From Vicinamibacterales bacterium (GTDB lineage Bacteria > Acidobacteriota > Vicinamibacteria > Vicinamibacterales > JAMQPK01), in assembly GCA_023717525.1 (NCBI GenBank), contig JAMQPK010000126.1:160-64159 (forward strand): DNA of 64,000 bases. Reading direction: 5' to 3'. Both the position numbers and the translations under genes were made by a program. Position 1 is the stretch's first letter. Every line of letters starts with the position of its first letter. Shown piece by piece: positions 43,106 through 52,577 of this stretch. The notes beneath the pieces were generated by a model. It was not told where the DNA came from, did not search any database, and saw nothing but the letters and a program-made list of their open reading frames with translations.

Positions 43106-45817
43106 ATGACTTCGACGCGTGCCTCGTGGCTGGCTGCAGCTCTCGCCCTGCTCGTCATCGCCCTGCCGGCGGCGCAGATGCGCGTACGCCCCCTCGATCT
43201 CGAAGATGGTTCGGTCGCCCTCGGTCTCGCTCTTCGACACCTCGGCAATACAGGTGTGTTCATGCAGGCGACGGCGCATCCCGACGACGAGAACAACGCG
43301 CTTCACGTCTTTCTAAACCGCGGACAGGGAATTCGAACCGTGCTCGCCACCGCAACTCGGGGTGACGGCGGCCAAAACGAGATCGGCCCGGAGATATTCG
43401 ACGGGCTGGCCGTCCTTCGCACCGAAGAGCTCGGTGCGATGCACCGGTTCGATGCGAGCGAGCAGTACTTCACGCGAGCCGTGGATTTTGGCTACTCGTT
43501 CAGCATCGAAGAGACTCTCGAGAAGTGGGGACGAGACGAGATCATCGCCGACTACGTCCGTCTCATTCGGATGACGCGGCCGGATGTCGTCCACGGCATG
43601 AATCCGACAGGCACCGCCGGCGGTCTTCACCATCAGACCTCAGGGCTGCTGAGCCGGGAGGCATTCAAGGCAGCCGCCGATCCGGCAAGGTATCCAGAGC
43701 AGATTCGCGAAGGGCTTCGGCCATGGCAGGCCGGCAAGTTTTACTACCCGGCGGGTGGGCCTGGCGCGGGTGGCGGACGCGGGCAGCCAGCGCCGGTTCC
43801 CGGCGCTCCACTGCCGCTTGGCGCGCTGAGAATGGCAGCGGTCGACATCTCGGGTTTCGATCCGCTCCTGGGACGCACGTCGCCAGAAGTTGGATCCGAA
43901 GAGCGCAGCATGCACAAGAGTCAGGCGATGGCTCAGCTGCTGTCCCTGCCATCGGCGCCCGCGGTTCAGCGCTTTCTGTTGATGGACACGACGCTGTCCC
44001 CAGCCACCACCGATGAAACGTCGCTTTTCGACGGCATCGACACGACGATTCCCGGACTCGCCAGGTTTGCCGACGCCCCCCCTCAGTCTCTACTCGACGG
44101 ACTCCGTGCGATTGCCGGTCGCGTCGTGGAGGCTCAGAAACAGTTCGATGGGAGTGGTCCGTCCGCAGCGGCTCCGGTCCTGGCGGCTGGACTGAACGCC
44201 GTCCGCGCGCTGCGGGCGCAGTTGGGTGCCATGGCGTTGAATGATGACGCGCGCTACAACATCGACCAGAGGCTGCAAACCAAAGAGGAGGAATTTGCCG
44301 ACGCTCAGGTCCTCGCGCACGGACTTCGCCTCGAGGTGCTCGCGGATGATGGCATCGTCGTGCCTGGTGGGCCGGTGCGGGTCTCGGTGATGATTGGCAA
44401 TCGTGCGCGCCGGAGCGGTGCCACCATCAAGGCAGTCACGCTGAAAGGATTTGACGGCGCGGCAGGTTGCCCGGCCGGCACGTTAGAGGGCGGGAACGTG
44501 TATCGCTGTGAGTCTCAGGTCAACGTACCCGTCGACGCGAGGCCGACAAAGCCCTACTGGAAACGCCTGCCAAATGCCGCGCGCTACGAGTTCGAGCCCG
44601 ATGCGCCATTCGGGTTGCCGTTCCGCCCGACGCCATTCCGCGCGAACGTGGTGATGGTGCTGAGCGGCGCCGAGGTCACGCTCGACTTGCCTGTTGAGTA
44701 TCGTTACGAAGGCAAGGCACTCGAGGGCGAGAAACGCATGGAGTTGACCGTCGTGCCGGCGCTGGCCCTCCGTGTGTCGCCCGACATTGCGATTGTTCCC
44801 GCCGGACGAGGTGCGACCGCGGCCGTCGATCGCGATATCCGCGTCACGGTGACGAACGGCGCGAAAGGCGCGGCGGCAGGGCAGGTGAAGCTCGAGGTGC
44901 CGGTCGGCTGGCGTGTGACCCCCGCGGCTGCCACCGTGAACTTCACGCGCGAGGACGAAGCGCAGACCGTTCGATTCACCGTACGCCCGGACGCGAAGGC
45001 AGCTATTGGCCAGTACGCGATCGGGGCGACGGCATCGATCGGTTCGCAGAAGTTCGATCGCGGATATCAGACGATCGAGTACCCGCACATCCATCGCCGT
45101 CAGCTCGAACTGCCTGCCGTCGTCAATCTCAAGGTGATGGACGTCCGGCTCGCACCCGGGCTGAACGTCGGCTACGTCATGGGCACTGGAGACGACGTCC
45201 CGTCGGCGCTTCGCGGGCTCGGCGCCACGGTGCGGATTCTCGATGCGGACGATCTGGCATTCGGCGATCTGCATCGCTACGATGCCGTCGTCATCGGCAT
45301 CCGTGCGTACGACAGCCGGGACGATCTCCGTGCCAGCAACAAGCGAATCCTCGAGTACGCGCAGAGCGGCGGCACGGTGATCGTGCAGTACAACCGCGAT
45401 GCCGATTGGGCACAGTATGCGCCCTACACGGCGCGAGGCAGCTCGACGCGGGTGACCGACGAGGACGGAGAGATTCAGGTTCTGGCGACCGACGATCCGG
45501 TCTTTCACTATCCAAACGAGATCGCCGCCGCCGCATGGCGGGGTTGGGTGCAAGAGCGCGGGACGTACTTCCTGGACGCGCAGAGCTCCGAATACACCGA
45601 GCTGATTCAGGTGAACGAGCCGTTTGACAACAACAAAGGCTGGAAGAAGGGCGCGCTCGTCGAAGCCAGGGTTGGCAAGGGCAGGTGGATTTACGTCGGC
45701 CTTGGCCTCTGGCGTCAGCTCGCTGCGGGTACTGACGGTTCGTATCAGTTGTTCGCCAACCTCATCAGCCGGGGCAAGCTGCCAGGCGCTCCGCCTCGTC
45801 CGGCCGCCGCTCCGTAG
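43106..45817 (+). CDS. Secreted 903-aa LmbE/PIG-L-family deacetylase fused to a C-terminal class-I-glutamine-amidotransferase-like (ThuA-like) domain
   Basis: It has a signal peptide, the PIG-L motifs AHPDDENN...TRGDGGQNE, and a C-terminal GTGDDVPSALRGLGATVRILD...YDAVVIGIRAY flavodoxin-like pattern. Confidence 0.75.
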   Translation: MTSTRASWLAAALALLVIALPAAQMRVRPLDLEDGSVALGLALRHLGNTGVFMQATAHPDDENNALHVFLNRGQGIRTVLATATRGDGGQNEIGPEIFDGLAVLRTEELGAMHRFDASEQYFTRAVDFGYSFSIEETLEKWGRDEIIADYVRLIRMTRPDVVHGMNPTGTAGGLHHQTSGLLSREAFKAAADPARYPEQIREGLRPWQAGKFYYPAGGPGAGGGRGQPAPVPGAPLPLGALRMAAVDISGFDPLLGRTSPEVGSEERSMHKSQAMAQLLSLPSAPAVQRFLLMDTTLSPATTDETSLFDGIDTTIPGLARFADAPPQSLLDGLRAIAGRVVEAQKQFDGSGPSAAAPVLAAGLNAVRALRAQLGAMALNDDARYNIDQRLQTKEEEFADAQVLAHGLRLEVLADDGIVVPGGPVRVSVMIGNRARRSGATIKAVTLKGFDGAAGCPAGTLEGGNVYRCESQVNVPVDARPTKPYWKRLPNAARYEFEPDAPFGLPFRPTPFRANVVMVLSGAEVTLDLPVEYRYEGKALEGEKRMELTVVPALALRVSPDIAIVPAGRGATAAVDRDIRVTVTNGAKGAAAGQVKLEVPVGWRVTPAAATVNFTREDEAQTVRFTVRPDAKAAIGQYAIGATASIGSQKFDRGYQTIEYPHIHRRQLELPAVVNLKVMDVRLAPGLNVGYVMGTGDDVPSALRGLGATVRILDADDLAFGDLHRYDAVVIGIRAYDSRDDLRASNKRILEYAQSGGTVIVQYNRDADWAQYAPYTARGSSTRVTDEDGEIQVLATDDPVFHYPNEIAAAAWRGWVQERGTYFLDAQSSEYTELIQVNEPFDNNKGWKKGALVEARVGKGRWIYVGLGLWRQLAAGTDGSYQLFANLISRGKLPGAPPRPAAAP

Positions 45818-45891
45818 TTTCGCGTCCCGTACAGCGATACCGTTTTTGTAATCCGCTGGTATTCAAACTGTTTGTGGCATACTGAATTTTC

Positions 45892-47349
45892 ATGGCGTTT
45901 CCAGACCTCGAAATGATGCACGTCCTTCGACGTGCCGCCTTCGGCGCCCGACCCGAAGAGCTTGCTGACTTCAGCAAGCGCGGTCTCGCAGAAACGATCG
46001 ACGAGTTCATCAATTTCACGCGTGTTGCCGACGATGTCGACGACAAGATCGGCACCCCCGGGTACGTAGGCACGACATCGAACGGCGCCTTCTCGCCATC
46101 GACCGTCATCAACGATGCGCGTCAGCGGTGGCTGTTCCGCATGGTGCACAGCCGGCGGCCGTTGCAAGAGAAGATGGCGCTCTTCTGGCACAACCATTTC
46201 GCCACTGCCTATAGCAAAGTGTCCGGCAACACCAACGCCCTCGACGGCACGCGCATGATGGCGGCAAAGCGCTCGGAGCACCCTGGAAAGCTGCAAGGTC
46301 AGTTGGAGCTGTTCAGGGAGTACGCGTTGGGCAATTTTCGCGACATGCTCGTGGAGGTCGCCAAGGATCCGGCGATGCTCGTCTGGCTCGACGGCCGCAC
46401 GAACACGCGGCGGCAGCCGCAGGAAAATTTCGGGCGCGAGATCATGGAGCTGTTCACGATGGGCGTCGGGTTCTATACCGAGCCCGACGTGTACGCCGCG
46501 GCGCGTGTCTTTACCGGCTGGAATCTGCAACGCGTCGGTTCGGGAGACGATACGAACGGTTACTACCAGTTCCAGTACATCGCCAACAATCACGAGACCA
46601 CGGCGAAGGACTTCAGCTTCTCGATCTATGCCGATGGCAGCAAGACGATTCCTGCGCGCTCGGCGGCGAATGGCATGCAGGATGGGCTCGACCTGATCGA
46701 AGCGCTCGCGCGTCATCCCGAGACCGGCCGGCGGCTGGCGCGGAAGCTGTGGAATTTCTTCGTCAGCGAAACGAACCAGCCAGACGAGTTTCTGATCAGA
46801 CGTCTAGCCAGCACCTACCAGACGAGCGGCTTCAGCATGGCGGCGGTCATGCAGATGCTGCTGACGTCGAGGGACTTTCTTTCGCCGGCGAATCACTTCA
46901 CGAAGTACTCGTGGCCGGCGGAGTTCGTGGTTAAGTCGCTGAAAGAGGTCGGCCATGCGGGCTTCTCGGTCAACACGGCGTTGACGCCGCTCGCGAACAT
47001 GGGACAGCAGCTCTTCGAGCCGCCGGATGTGGCCGGTTGGGATCTTGGCCGTAACTGGTTTTCGACCGGCGCGATGCTGGCGCGGATGAATTTCGCGGCA
47101 ACGCTCACGGCAAACCAGCGGTTCAATATTTCCGAAGGCGCCCGCGGCAAGGGTCCGACGCCGGAGGCGCTCCTGACGATGTACCTCGAACAGCTGAGCC
47201 CGGCGACCTACGATCGGGCAGCCTACAACGATCTGCTCGACTACCTCCGCACTGGCGGAACATGGACGGGAAACGATGCGCAGATCGGCATCAAGGCGCC
47301 CGGCCTGCTGCACCTGATTGTCGGCTCCTCGGAGTACCAATTCGTATGA
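45892..47349 (+). CDS. DUF1800 domain protein
   Basis: It has LFWHNHFAT and EIMELFTMG motifs and is paired with a DUF1501 gene through an ATGA overlap. Confidence 0.85.
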   Translation: MAFPDLEMMHVLRRAAFGARPEELADFSKRGLAETIDEFINFTRVADDVDDKIGTPGYVGTTSNGAFSPSTVINDARQRWLFRMVHSRRPLQEKMALFWHNHFATAYSKVSGNTNALDGTRMMAAKRSEHPGKLQGQLELFREYALGNFRDMLVEVAKDPAMLVWLDGRTNTRRQPQENFGREIMELFTMGVGFYTEPDVYAAARVFTGWNLQRVGSGDDTNGYYQFQYIANNHETTAKDFSFSIYADGSKTIPARSAANGMQDGLDLIEALARHPETGRRLARKLWNFFVSETNQPDEFLIRRLASTYQTSGFSMAAVMQMLLTSRDFLSPANHFTKYSWPAEFVVKSLKEVGHAGFSVNTALTPLANMGQQLFEPPDVAGWDLGRNWFSTGAMLARMNFAATLTANQRFNISEGARGKGPTPEALLTMYLEQLSPATYDRAAYNDLLDYLRTGGTWTGNDAQIGIKAPGLLHLIVGSSEYQFV

Positions 47350-48608
47350 GCTTCACAAGACGCGACTTTGTGCGCGGCGGCGTCTCCGCATTCACACTGG
47401 GGTTCGCCGCGCCGCAGTTTCTCTGCGACATCGCGCAGGCACAGGGTGCGGGCTCCAGAAATCTCGTCGTTATCTACCTGTCCGGCGGCAACGATTCGCT
47501 GAGCATGCTGATTCCGTACGCCGATCCGTCGTATGTGTCGCGGCGCCCGACGCTGAACATCCCGGCAGGGCAGGTGCTGCAAATCGGCAGCGATTCGGCG
47601 GGCAACCGGCTCGGCCTTCATCCGCGGCTGACCGGTTTGCGGGCGATGTTCAACCAGGGCCGGCTGGCGCTGATTCAGCGGACAGGTTACGAAAACTCCA
47701 GTCGCTCGCATTTCACTGGCACCGATATCTGGTCAACGGCGAGTCCGGCGAATTCCCAAGGGGCAGGCTGGCTGGGCAGGTACCTCGACACGATTCCCGC
47801 GCCGGTCGATCCGTTGGCCGCGTGGAATACCACCGGGCAGACGCCGCACGCATTGCTGGCGAACACGGTCAGCGTACCTGCCATTCCGAATCCGGCCACC
47901 TACGCATTTGGCAGCCCGAACACCGGAAGCAATGCGGTCGACGAGCGAACGTTCGCGACGCGTATTTCCTCGCACGAGCCCGTCAATAGACCGCACCTCG
48001 CGTTCGTGAACTCGACCGCGCAAGCCGCGTTTGCCACGCTCGATCGCGTGGCGTCGGTTGCGGCGTACGCGCCGAGCGTCGCGTATCCGAACAACGGATT
48101 CGCGCAGGCCTTGCGCGCTGTCGCGGGTGTGCTCGCGCGCGGCATAGGGACACGGGTATTCTGGGTGCAAACGGGCGGCTACGACACGCACTCGGCACAA
48201 AACACTCTGAACGGCAGCTACGCGGCGTTGATGACGACACTCAACGACGGGTTGCTGGCGTTCTACACCGACCTGTCGAATCAGGGTCTCCTGAGCCAGA
48301 CGCTGGTGCTGCAATTCTCCGAATTCGGGCGGCGCATTCAGGAGAACGGCAGCCAGGGAACCGATCACGGCGCGGCGAGCGTCATGATGGCGATCGGCGG
48401 GCAGGTGCGCGGCGGTATCTACGGCACCGCACCGAATCTGAATCCGGCCGACTCCAGCAACCCTACGCTGGAGAACGGCGGCAACGACGTCAGGTATCAG
48501 ACCGATTTTCGCTCTGTCTATTCGCGCGTCATCGACAACTGGCTGGGGGGCAATTCGGCAAGCATCCTTGGCGGCGATTTCCGATCTGGCGCACCGAACA
48601 TTCTTTAG
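47346..48608 (+). CDS. DUF1501 domain protein (Tat-secreted, alkaline-phosphatase-superfamily-like)
   Basis: It has the Tat signal MSFTRRDFVRGG, then GGNDSLSM, GGYDTHS and SEFGRR...GTDHG motifs. Confidence 0.88.
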   Translation: MSFTRRDFVRGGVSAFTLGFAAPQFLCDIAQAQGAGSRNLVVIYLSGGNDSLSMLIPYADPSYVSRRPTLNIPAGQVLQIGSDSAGNRLGLHPRLTGLRAMFNQGRLALIQRTGYENSSRSHFTGTDIWSTASPANSQGAGWLGRYLDTIPAPVDPLAAWNTTGQTPHALLANTVSVPAIPNPATYAFGSPNTGSNAVDERTFATRISSHEPVNRPHLAFVNSTAQAAFATLDRVASVAAYAPSVAYPNNGFAQALRAVAGVLARGIGTRVFWVQTGGYDTHSAQNTLNGSYAALMTTLNDGLLAFYTDLSNQGLLSQTLVLQFSEFGRRIQENGSQGTDHGAASVMMAIGGQVRGGIYGTAPNLNPADSSNPTLENGGNDVRYQTDFRSVYSRVIDNWLGGNSASILGGDFRSGAPNIL

Positions 48609-48631
48609 CTCCAGATATACTTGTGCGTTGC

Positions 48632-49888
48632 ATGGTGCACGCACGCGCCCTTCTCATTCCCTCTCTTCTCCTCGTTGCCACGCCAGCCGCCGCGCAGCAG
48701 CGGGCCGCTGAGCTCGGACCTCTGCTGGTTCAGCAGCCGACAGTGCGGGCCGCGCTCGACGCGGCGCGCGCGTCCGAGTTGCAGATCGTGGAGGATCAGG
48801 TGCGCATCTGCGAGGTGGAGGCGCCGCCGTTTCAGGAAGCGAAGCGCGCGCAGATGTACGCGCAGTTGATGCGCGACGCCGGACTCAAGAACGTGCGGCT
48901 CGACGCAGAAGGCAACGTCATTGGCGAGCGCCCGGGGACCGACGCGCGGCCCAATCTCGTGATGAGCGCCCACCTGGACACCGTGTTTCCCCCAGGGACC
49001 GGCGTGAAGGTGAAGCGGGAAGGGCGCATGCTCCGCGGACCCGGTATCGGCGACGACTGCCGGGGGCTGGCAGACTTGCTGGGCGTGGCCCGCGCGCTGA
49101 ACAAAGGCAACGTGACGACGCCCGGGACGATTACCTTCGTCGCCACCGTCGGTGAGGAAGGACTTGGCGACCTTCGCGGCGTTCGGCGGCTGTTTGCAGA
49201 GACCTTGAAGGGGAAGATCGATCGATTTGTCTCCATCGACGGCGATGGCCTGGGCATAACCTACATTGCGACCGGCAGTACGCGCTATCGTGTCACCTTC
49301 AAAGGGCCCGGCGGACACAGTTTCGGATCGTTCGGCACGGTGAGTGCTGTTCACGCGCTCGGGCGCGCAATCACCGCAATCGCTGATTTCGATGTGCCAA
49401 CAGCGCCGCGGACGACGTTCAACGTCGGGCGCGTCGGGGGCGGCACGTCCATCAACGCGATTGCGAGTGAAGCGTGGATGGAGGTCGATCTGCGGTCGTC
49501 CGACGCACAGGTCCTGCGTAGTCTCGAGACGCGATTCAAGCAGGCGGTCCAGGACGCAGCCACCGCCGAGAACACACGCTGGCGAAGTCAGGCGCTCACG
49601 GTCACGATCGACGTTGTCGGTCAGCGTCCAACGGGCCGGACGTCGGCGACGTCGGCGATCGTTCTGGCGGCCGTGTCGGCAACGAGAGCTCTCGACCTCC
49701 CGGTGTCGTACTCGGAGGGCTCGACCGACTCCAATCTGCCGATCAGCCTTGGCATTCCAGCGGTGACGATCGACACGGGCGGCCGCGGATCGGGTGTTCA
49801 TACTGAGCACGAGGCATTCGACACGACGGACGCATGGAAAGGCACTCAGCGTGCGCTCCTGGTCGCAGTCGTGCTTGCTCAGCCTTGA
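48632..49888 (+). CDS. M20-family metallopeptidase (secreted)
   Basis: It has a signal peptide (ALLIPSLLLVATPAAAQQ) and metal-ligand regions SAHLDTVFP, GIGDDCRG and GEEGLGDLRG. ATG 48632 is preferred to TTG 48623. Confidence 0.82.
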   Translation: MVHARALLIPSLLLVATPAAAQQRAAELGPLLVQQPTVRAALDAARASELQIVEDQVRICEVEAPPFQEAKRAQMYAQLMRDAGLKNVRLDAEGNVIGERPGTDARPNLVMSAHLDTVFPPGTGVKVKREGRMLRGPGIGDDCRGLADLLGVARALNKGNVTTPGTITFVATVGEEGLGDLRGVRRLFAETLKGKIDRFVSIDGDGLGITYIATGSTRYRVTFKGPGGHSFGSFGTVSAVHALGRAITAIADFDVPTAPRTTFNVGRVGGGTSINAIASEAWMEVDLRSSDAQVLRSLETRFKQAVQDAATAENTRWRSQALTVTIDVVGQRPTGRTSATSAIVLAAVSATRALDLPVSYSEGSTDSNLPISLGIPAVTIDTGGRGSGVHTEHEAFDTTDAWKGTQRALLVAVVLAQP

Positions 49889-49900
49889 AGGATTGTTCGC

Positions 49901-50884
49901 ATGCCCCCAATCAAACGCACGAAGTTCAAACTGAACACCGACGAGCTCCTGCAGATGTTCTACTGGCTGAAGTTGATCCGCTCGTTCGACGAGCGCTTGA
50001 GCCTGCTGGTGCGGCAGGGCAAGGTCCGAAGCGGCGTCTACACCGGCATCGGGCAGGAAGCGATCATCGTCGGCACGTGCTTCGGGCTGAGGAAGGAAGA
50101 CTACATCTGCCCGTTGCATCGCGATCTCGGCGCGCTGCTGATGAAGGGCGTCGAGCCCCGCGTGATGATGGCCCAGATGTTTGGCAAGGCCACCGGGTTG
50201 TCGAAGGGGCGCGATTCGGCGCTGCATAGCGGCGTGCCCGAGCTTGGCATCTTCGGCAATACGAGCATGCTCGGTGCGAATCTGCCCGTGGCGGCCGGCA
50301 TCGCCCTCACCTTCAAAATGGAACAAAAGGACAACGTCGTCCTGGCGTACTTCGGCGAAGGCGCGAGCAACACCGGCGATTTTCACGAGGCGATGAACTT
50401 CGCGGGGGTCCAGAAGCTGCCGGTCGTGTTCATCTGCGAGAATAATCTGTACGCGTACTCGGTGCCGATCGAAAAAGCGATGGCCATCGAGGATGTCGCC
50501 GTGCGCGCGGAAGGCTACGGGTTCGACGGCGTTGCCATCAACGGCAACGATGTCCTTGCCGTGTATCAGGCCATGAAGGGCGCCCGGCGCCGCGCGCGAG
50601 CGGGGGATGGCCCGACGTTGATCGAATGCAAGACGTACCGCTGGCACGGTCACTCGGAACACGACAAGGCCTTCTACCGCACGCCGGAAGAATTGGCGAT
50701 GTGGAAAAGCCGGGATCCGCTCGTCACGTTTACCGCGTACCTCACGCACATGAGCGTGCTCACGCCGGAGAACGAGCAGGAGATCGACGCACGGATCAGG
50801 AACGTGCTGGACGACGCCGTCAGATTTGCCGAAGATAGCCCGGATCCAGCCCCAGAGGACGCCGTCACCGACCTCTACGCATAA
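49901..50884 (+). CDS. Thiamine-diphosphate-dependent 2-oxoacid dehydrogenase E1 component, alpha subunit
   Basis: It has the TPP motif YFGEGASNTGDFHEAMNFA...FICENNLYA and the phosphorylation-loop-like YRWHGHSEHD. Confidence 0.88.
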   Translation: MPPIKRTKFKLNTDELLQMFYWLKLIRSFDERLSLLVRQGKVRSGVYTGIGQEAIIVGTCFGLRKEDYICPLHRDLGALLMKGVEPRVMMAQMFGKATGLSKGRDSALHSGVPELGIFGNTSMLGANLPVAAGIALTFKMEQKDNVVLAYFGEGASNTGDFHEAMNFAGVQKLPVVFICENNLYAYSVPIEKAMAIEDVAVRAEGYGFDGVAINGNDVLAVYQAMKGARRRARAGDGPTLIECKTYRWHGHSEHDKAFYRTPEELAMWKSRDPLVTFTAYLTHMSVLTPENEQEIDARIRNVLDDAVRFAEDSPDPAPEDAVTDLYA

Positions 50885-50885
50885 C

Positions 50886-51869
50886 ATGGCCAAGGAAATC
50901 ACGTACCTGGAAGCAATTCGCGAAGCGCTCGTCGAAGAAATGCGGCGCGATCCGAAAGTGTTCGTCCTCGGCGAGGACGTCGGCCCATACGGCGGCGCGT
51001 TTGGCGTGACACAGGGCATTGTGGACGAGTTTGGTGAGGCGCGCTGCCTGGATACGCCGATTTCCGAATCCGCCATCGTCGGTATCAGCATCGGCGCGTC
51101 GCAGCGCGGGTATCGGCCGGTAGCCGAGATGCAGTTCGCGGATTTCATCAGCTGCGGCTTTGACCAGATCGTGAACCAGGCCGCGACGCTCCGGTATCGA
51201 TGCGGCGGGCGCGTGACGGTGCCGATCGTCATTCGTGCGCCGGGCGGCGGCAACGTGGGCGGCGGCTTGTATCACTCGCAGAATCCGGAAGGATGGTTCA
51301 TCCACCGTCCAGGCTTGAAGGTCGTCGCCCCCTCGACACCGTACGACGCGAAGGGCCTGCTGAAGGCCGCTATTCGCGACGACAACCCCGTCGTGTACTT
51401 CGAGCACAAGTATCTCTACAGGCGCGCCAAGGGGCCGGTGCCCGAGGGCGATGACATCGTTCCCATCGGTGTCGCCGCGGTTCGCCGGTCGGGTTCCGAC
51501 GCGACGCTCGTAACTTATGGTGCGATGGTGCAGCCATCTCTCGAGGCGGCCGATCGCCTTGCGAAGGAAGGGGTGGAGGTCGAAGTCATCGATCTGCGCA
51601 CGTTGCTGCCGTACGACAAAGACGCGCTATTTACCTCGATCGAGAAGACGAGCCGCCTGCTGATCGTTCACGAGGACGTGAAGACGCTCGGTATTGGGTC
51701 GGAGCTGGCCGCAATTGTCGTGGAAGAGCGGTTCGACGTTCTGGATGCCCCGGTGATGCGCGTGACGTACCCGGATACGCACTGTCCGTTTTCACAAGTT
51801 CTCGAGCAGTACAATCTTCCCGACGCGGATAAGATCACCGAAGGCCTCCGCCGACTGGCGGCATACTAG
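50886..51869 (+). CDS. 2-oxoacid dehydrogenase E1 component, beta subunit
   Basis: It has MAKEITYLEAIREALVEEMRRDPKVFVLGEDVG and PISESAIVGISIGAS motifs. ATG 50886 lies 1 nt after the alpha-subunit stop. Confidence 0.9.
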   Translation: MAKEITYLEAIREALVEEMRRDPKVFVLGEDVGPYGGAFGVTQGIVDEFGEARCLDTPISESAIVGISIGASQRGYRPVAEMQFADFISCGFDQIVNQAATLRYRCGGRVTVPIVIRAPGGGNVGGGLYHSQNPEGWFIHRPGLKVVAPSTPYDAKGLLKAAIRDDNPVVYFEHKYLYRRAKGPVPEGDDIVPIGVAAVRRSGSDATLVTYGAMVQPSLEAADRLAKEGVEVEVIDLRTLLPYDKDALFTSIEKTSRLLIVHEDVKTLGIGSELAAIVVEERFDVLDAPVMRVTYPDTHCPFSQVLEQYNLPDADKITEGLRRLAAY

Positions 51870-51883
51870 GAACTGGAGTTTCG

Positions 51884-52576
51884 ATGATCCGAAGAGTGCT
51901 TCGCGGCGCTGTCGCGCTGGCGATCCTGTCCCTGACGATTATGCCCATCCGGATAAGCGCGCAGAATGATGAGGCCGAGCGCGTCAGGGGATCGATCACC
52001 GTCTTCGACGAAATCATGGGCGCTCGTGACAAAGCCATTCCCGCCTCCATTCTTGAAAAGGCCGAAGCCATTGCGATATTCCCTGGAACGATCAAGGGAG
52101 GGTTCATTGTTGGCGGCCAGCACGGCCGTGGAGTTCTCGGCGCGCGCGTCGAGGGAAGCCGCGCCTGGTCGGCGCCAGGATTCATGACGGTGACCGGCGG
52201 CAGTTTTGGGGCGCAGATCGGCGCCCAGGCCGTTGACCTCGTGCTGGTGATCATGAATCGCCGTGGGCTCGAGAGGATGATGAGCAACGAGTTCAAAGTC
52301 GGCGTCGACGCCGGTGTCGCGGCCGGGCCGGTCGGGCGAGACGCGTCGGCGGCCACCGATATTCAGATGCGCGCCGAAATTCTCAGCTATTCGCGATCGC
52401 GAGGCCTGTTCGCGGGCATCAACCTCAACGGCTCGTCGATCCGCTCGGATGACGATGCCAACCGGCGTTTCTATGGCAAGGCTCTCAGAACGGCTGACAT
52501 CGTGTTCAGGCCGACGTTGAATGCCCCATCGGCGGCCGCTGACTGGCAGGCGACGTTGGAGAAGTACGCGAAGTAG
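51884..52576 (+). CDS. SYLF (DUF500) lipid-binding domain protein, secreted
   Basis: It has a signal peptide and the Gly-rich repeated pattern GGFIVGGQHGRGVL...GGSFGAQIGAQ, which is typical of the SYLF/Ysc84 domain. Confidence 0.75.
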   Translation: MIRRVLRGAVALAILSLTIMPIRISAQNDEAERVRGSITVFDEIMGARDKAIPASILEKAEAIAIFPGTIKGGFIVGGQHGRGVLGARVEGSRAWSAPGFMTVTGGSFGAQIGAQAVDLVLVIMNRRGLERMMSNEFKVGVDAGVAAGPVGRDASAATDIQMRAEILSYSRSRGLFAGINLNGSSIRSDDDANRRFYGKALRTADIVFRPTLNAPSAAADWQATLEKYAK

Positions 52577-52577
52577 G

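Noticed and set aside
45818-45891. A sigma-54 promoter (TGGCAT...) upstream of the DUF1800 gene
   Set aside because: The TGGCA-like -24 element is not followed by a TTGC-like -12 element at the correct spacing.
48605-51253. An 882-aa ORF on the minus strand
   Set aside because: It is entirely antisense to three well-supported plus-strand genes (M20 peptidase, E1 alpha, E1 beta). It has an Arg/Ala/Pro-rich composition with no recognisable motifs. This is the typical stop-poor antisense frame of GC-rich DNA.
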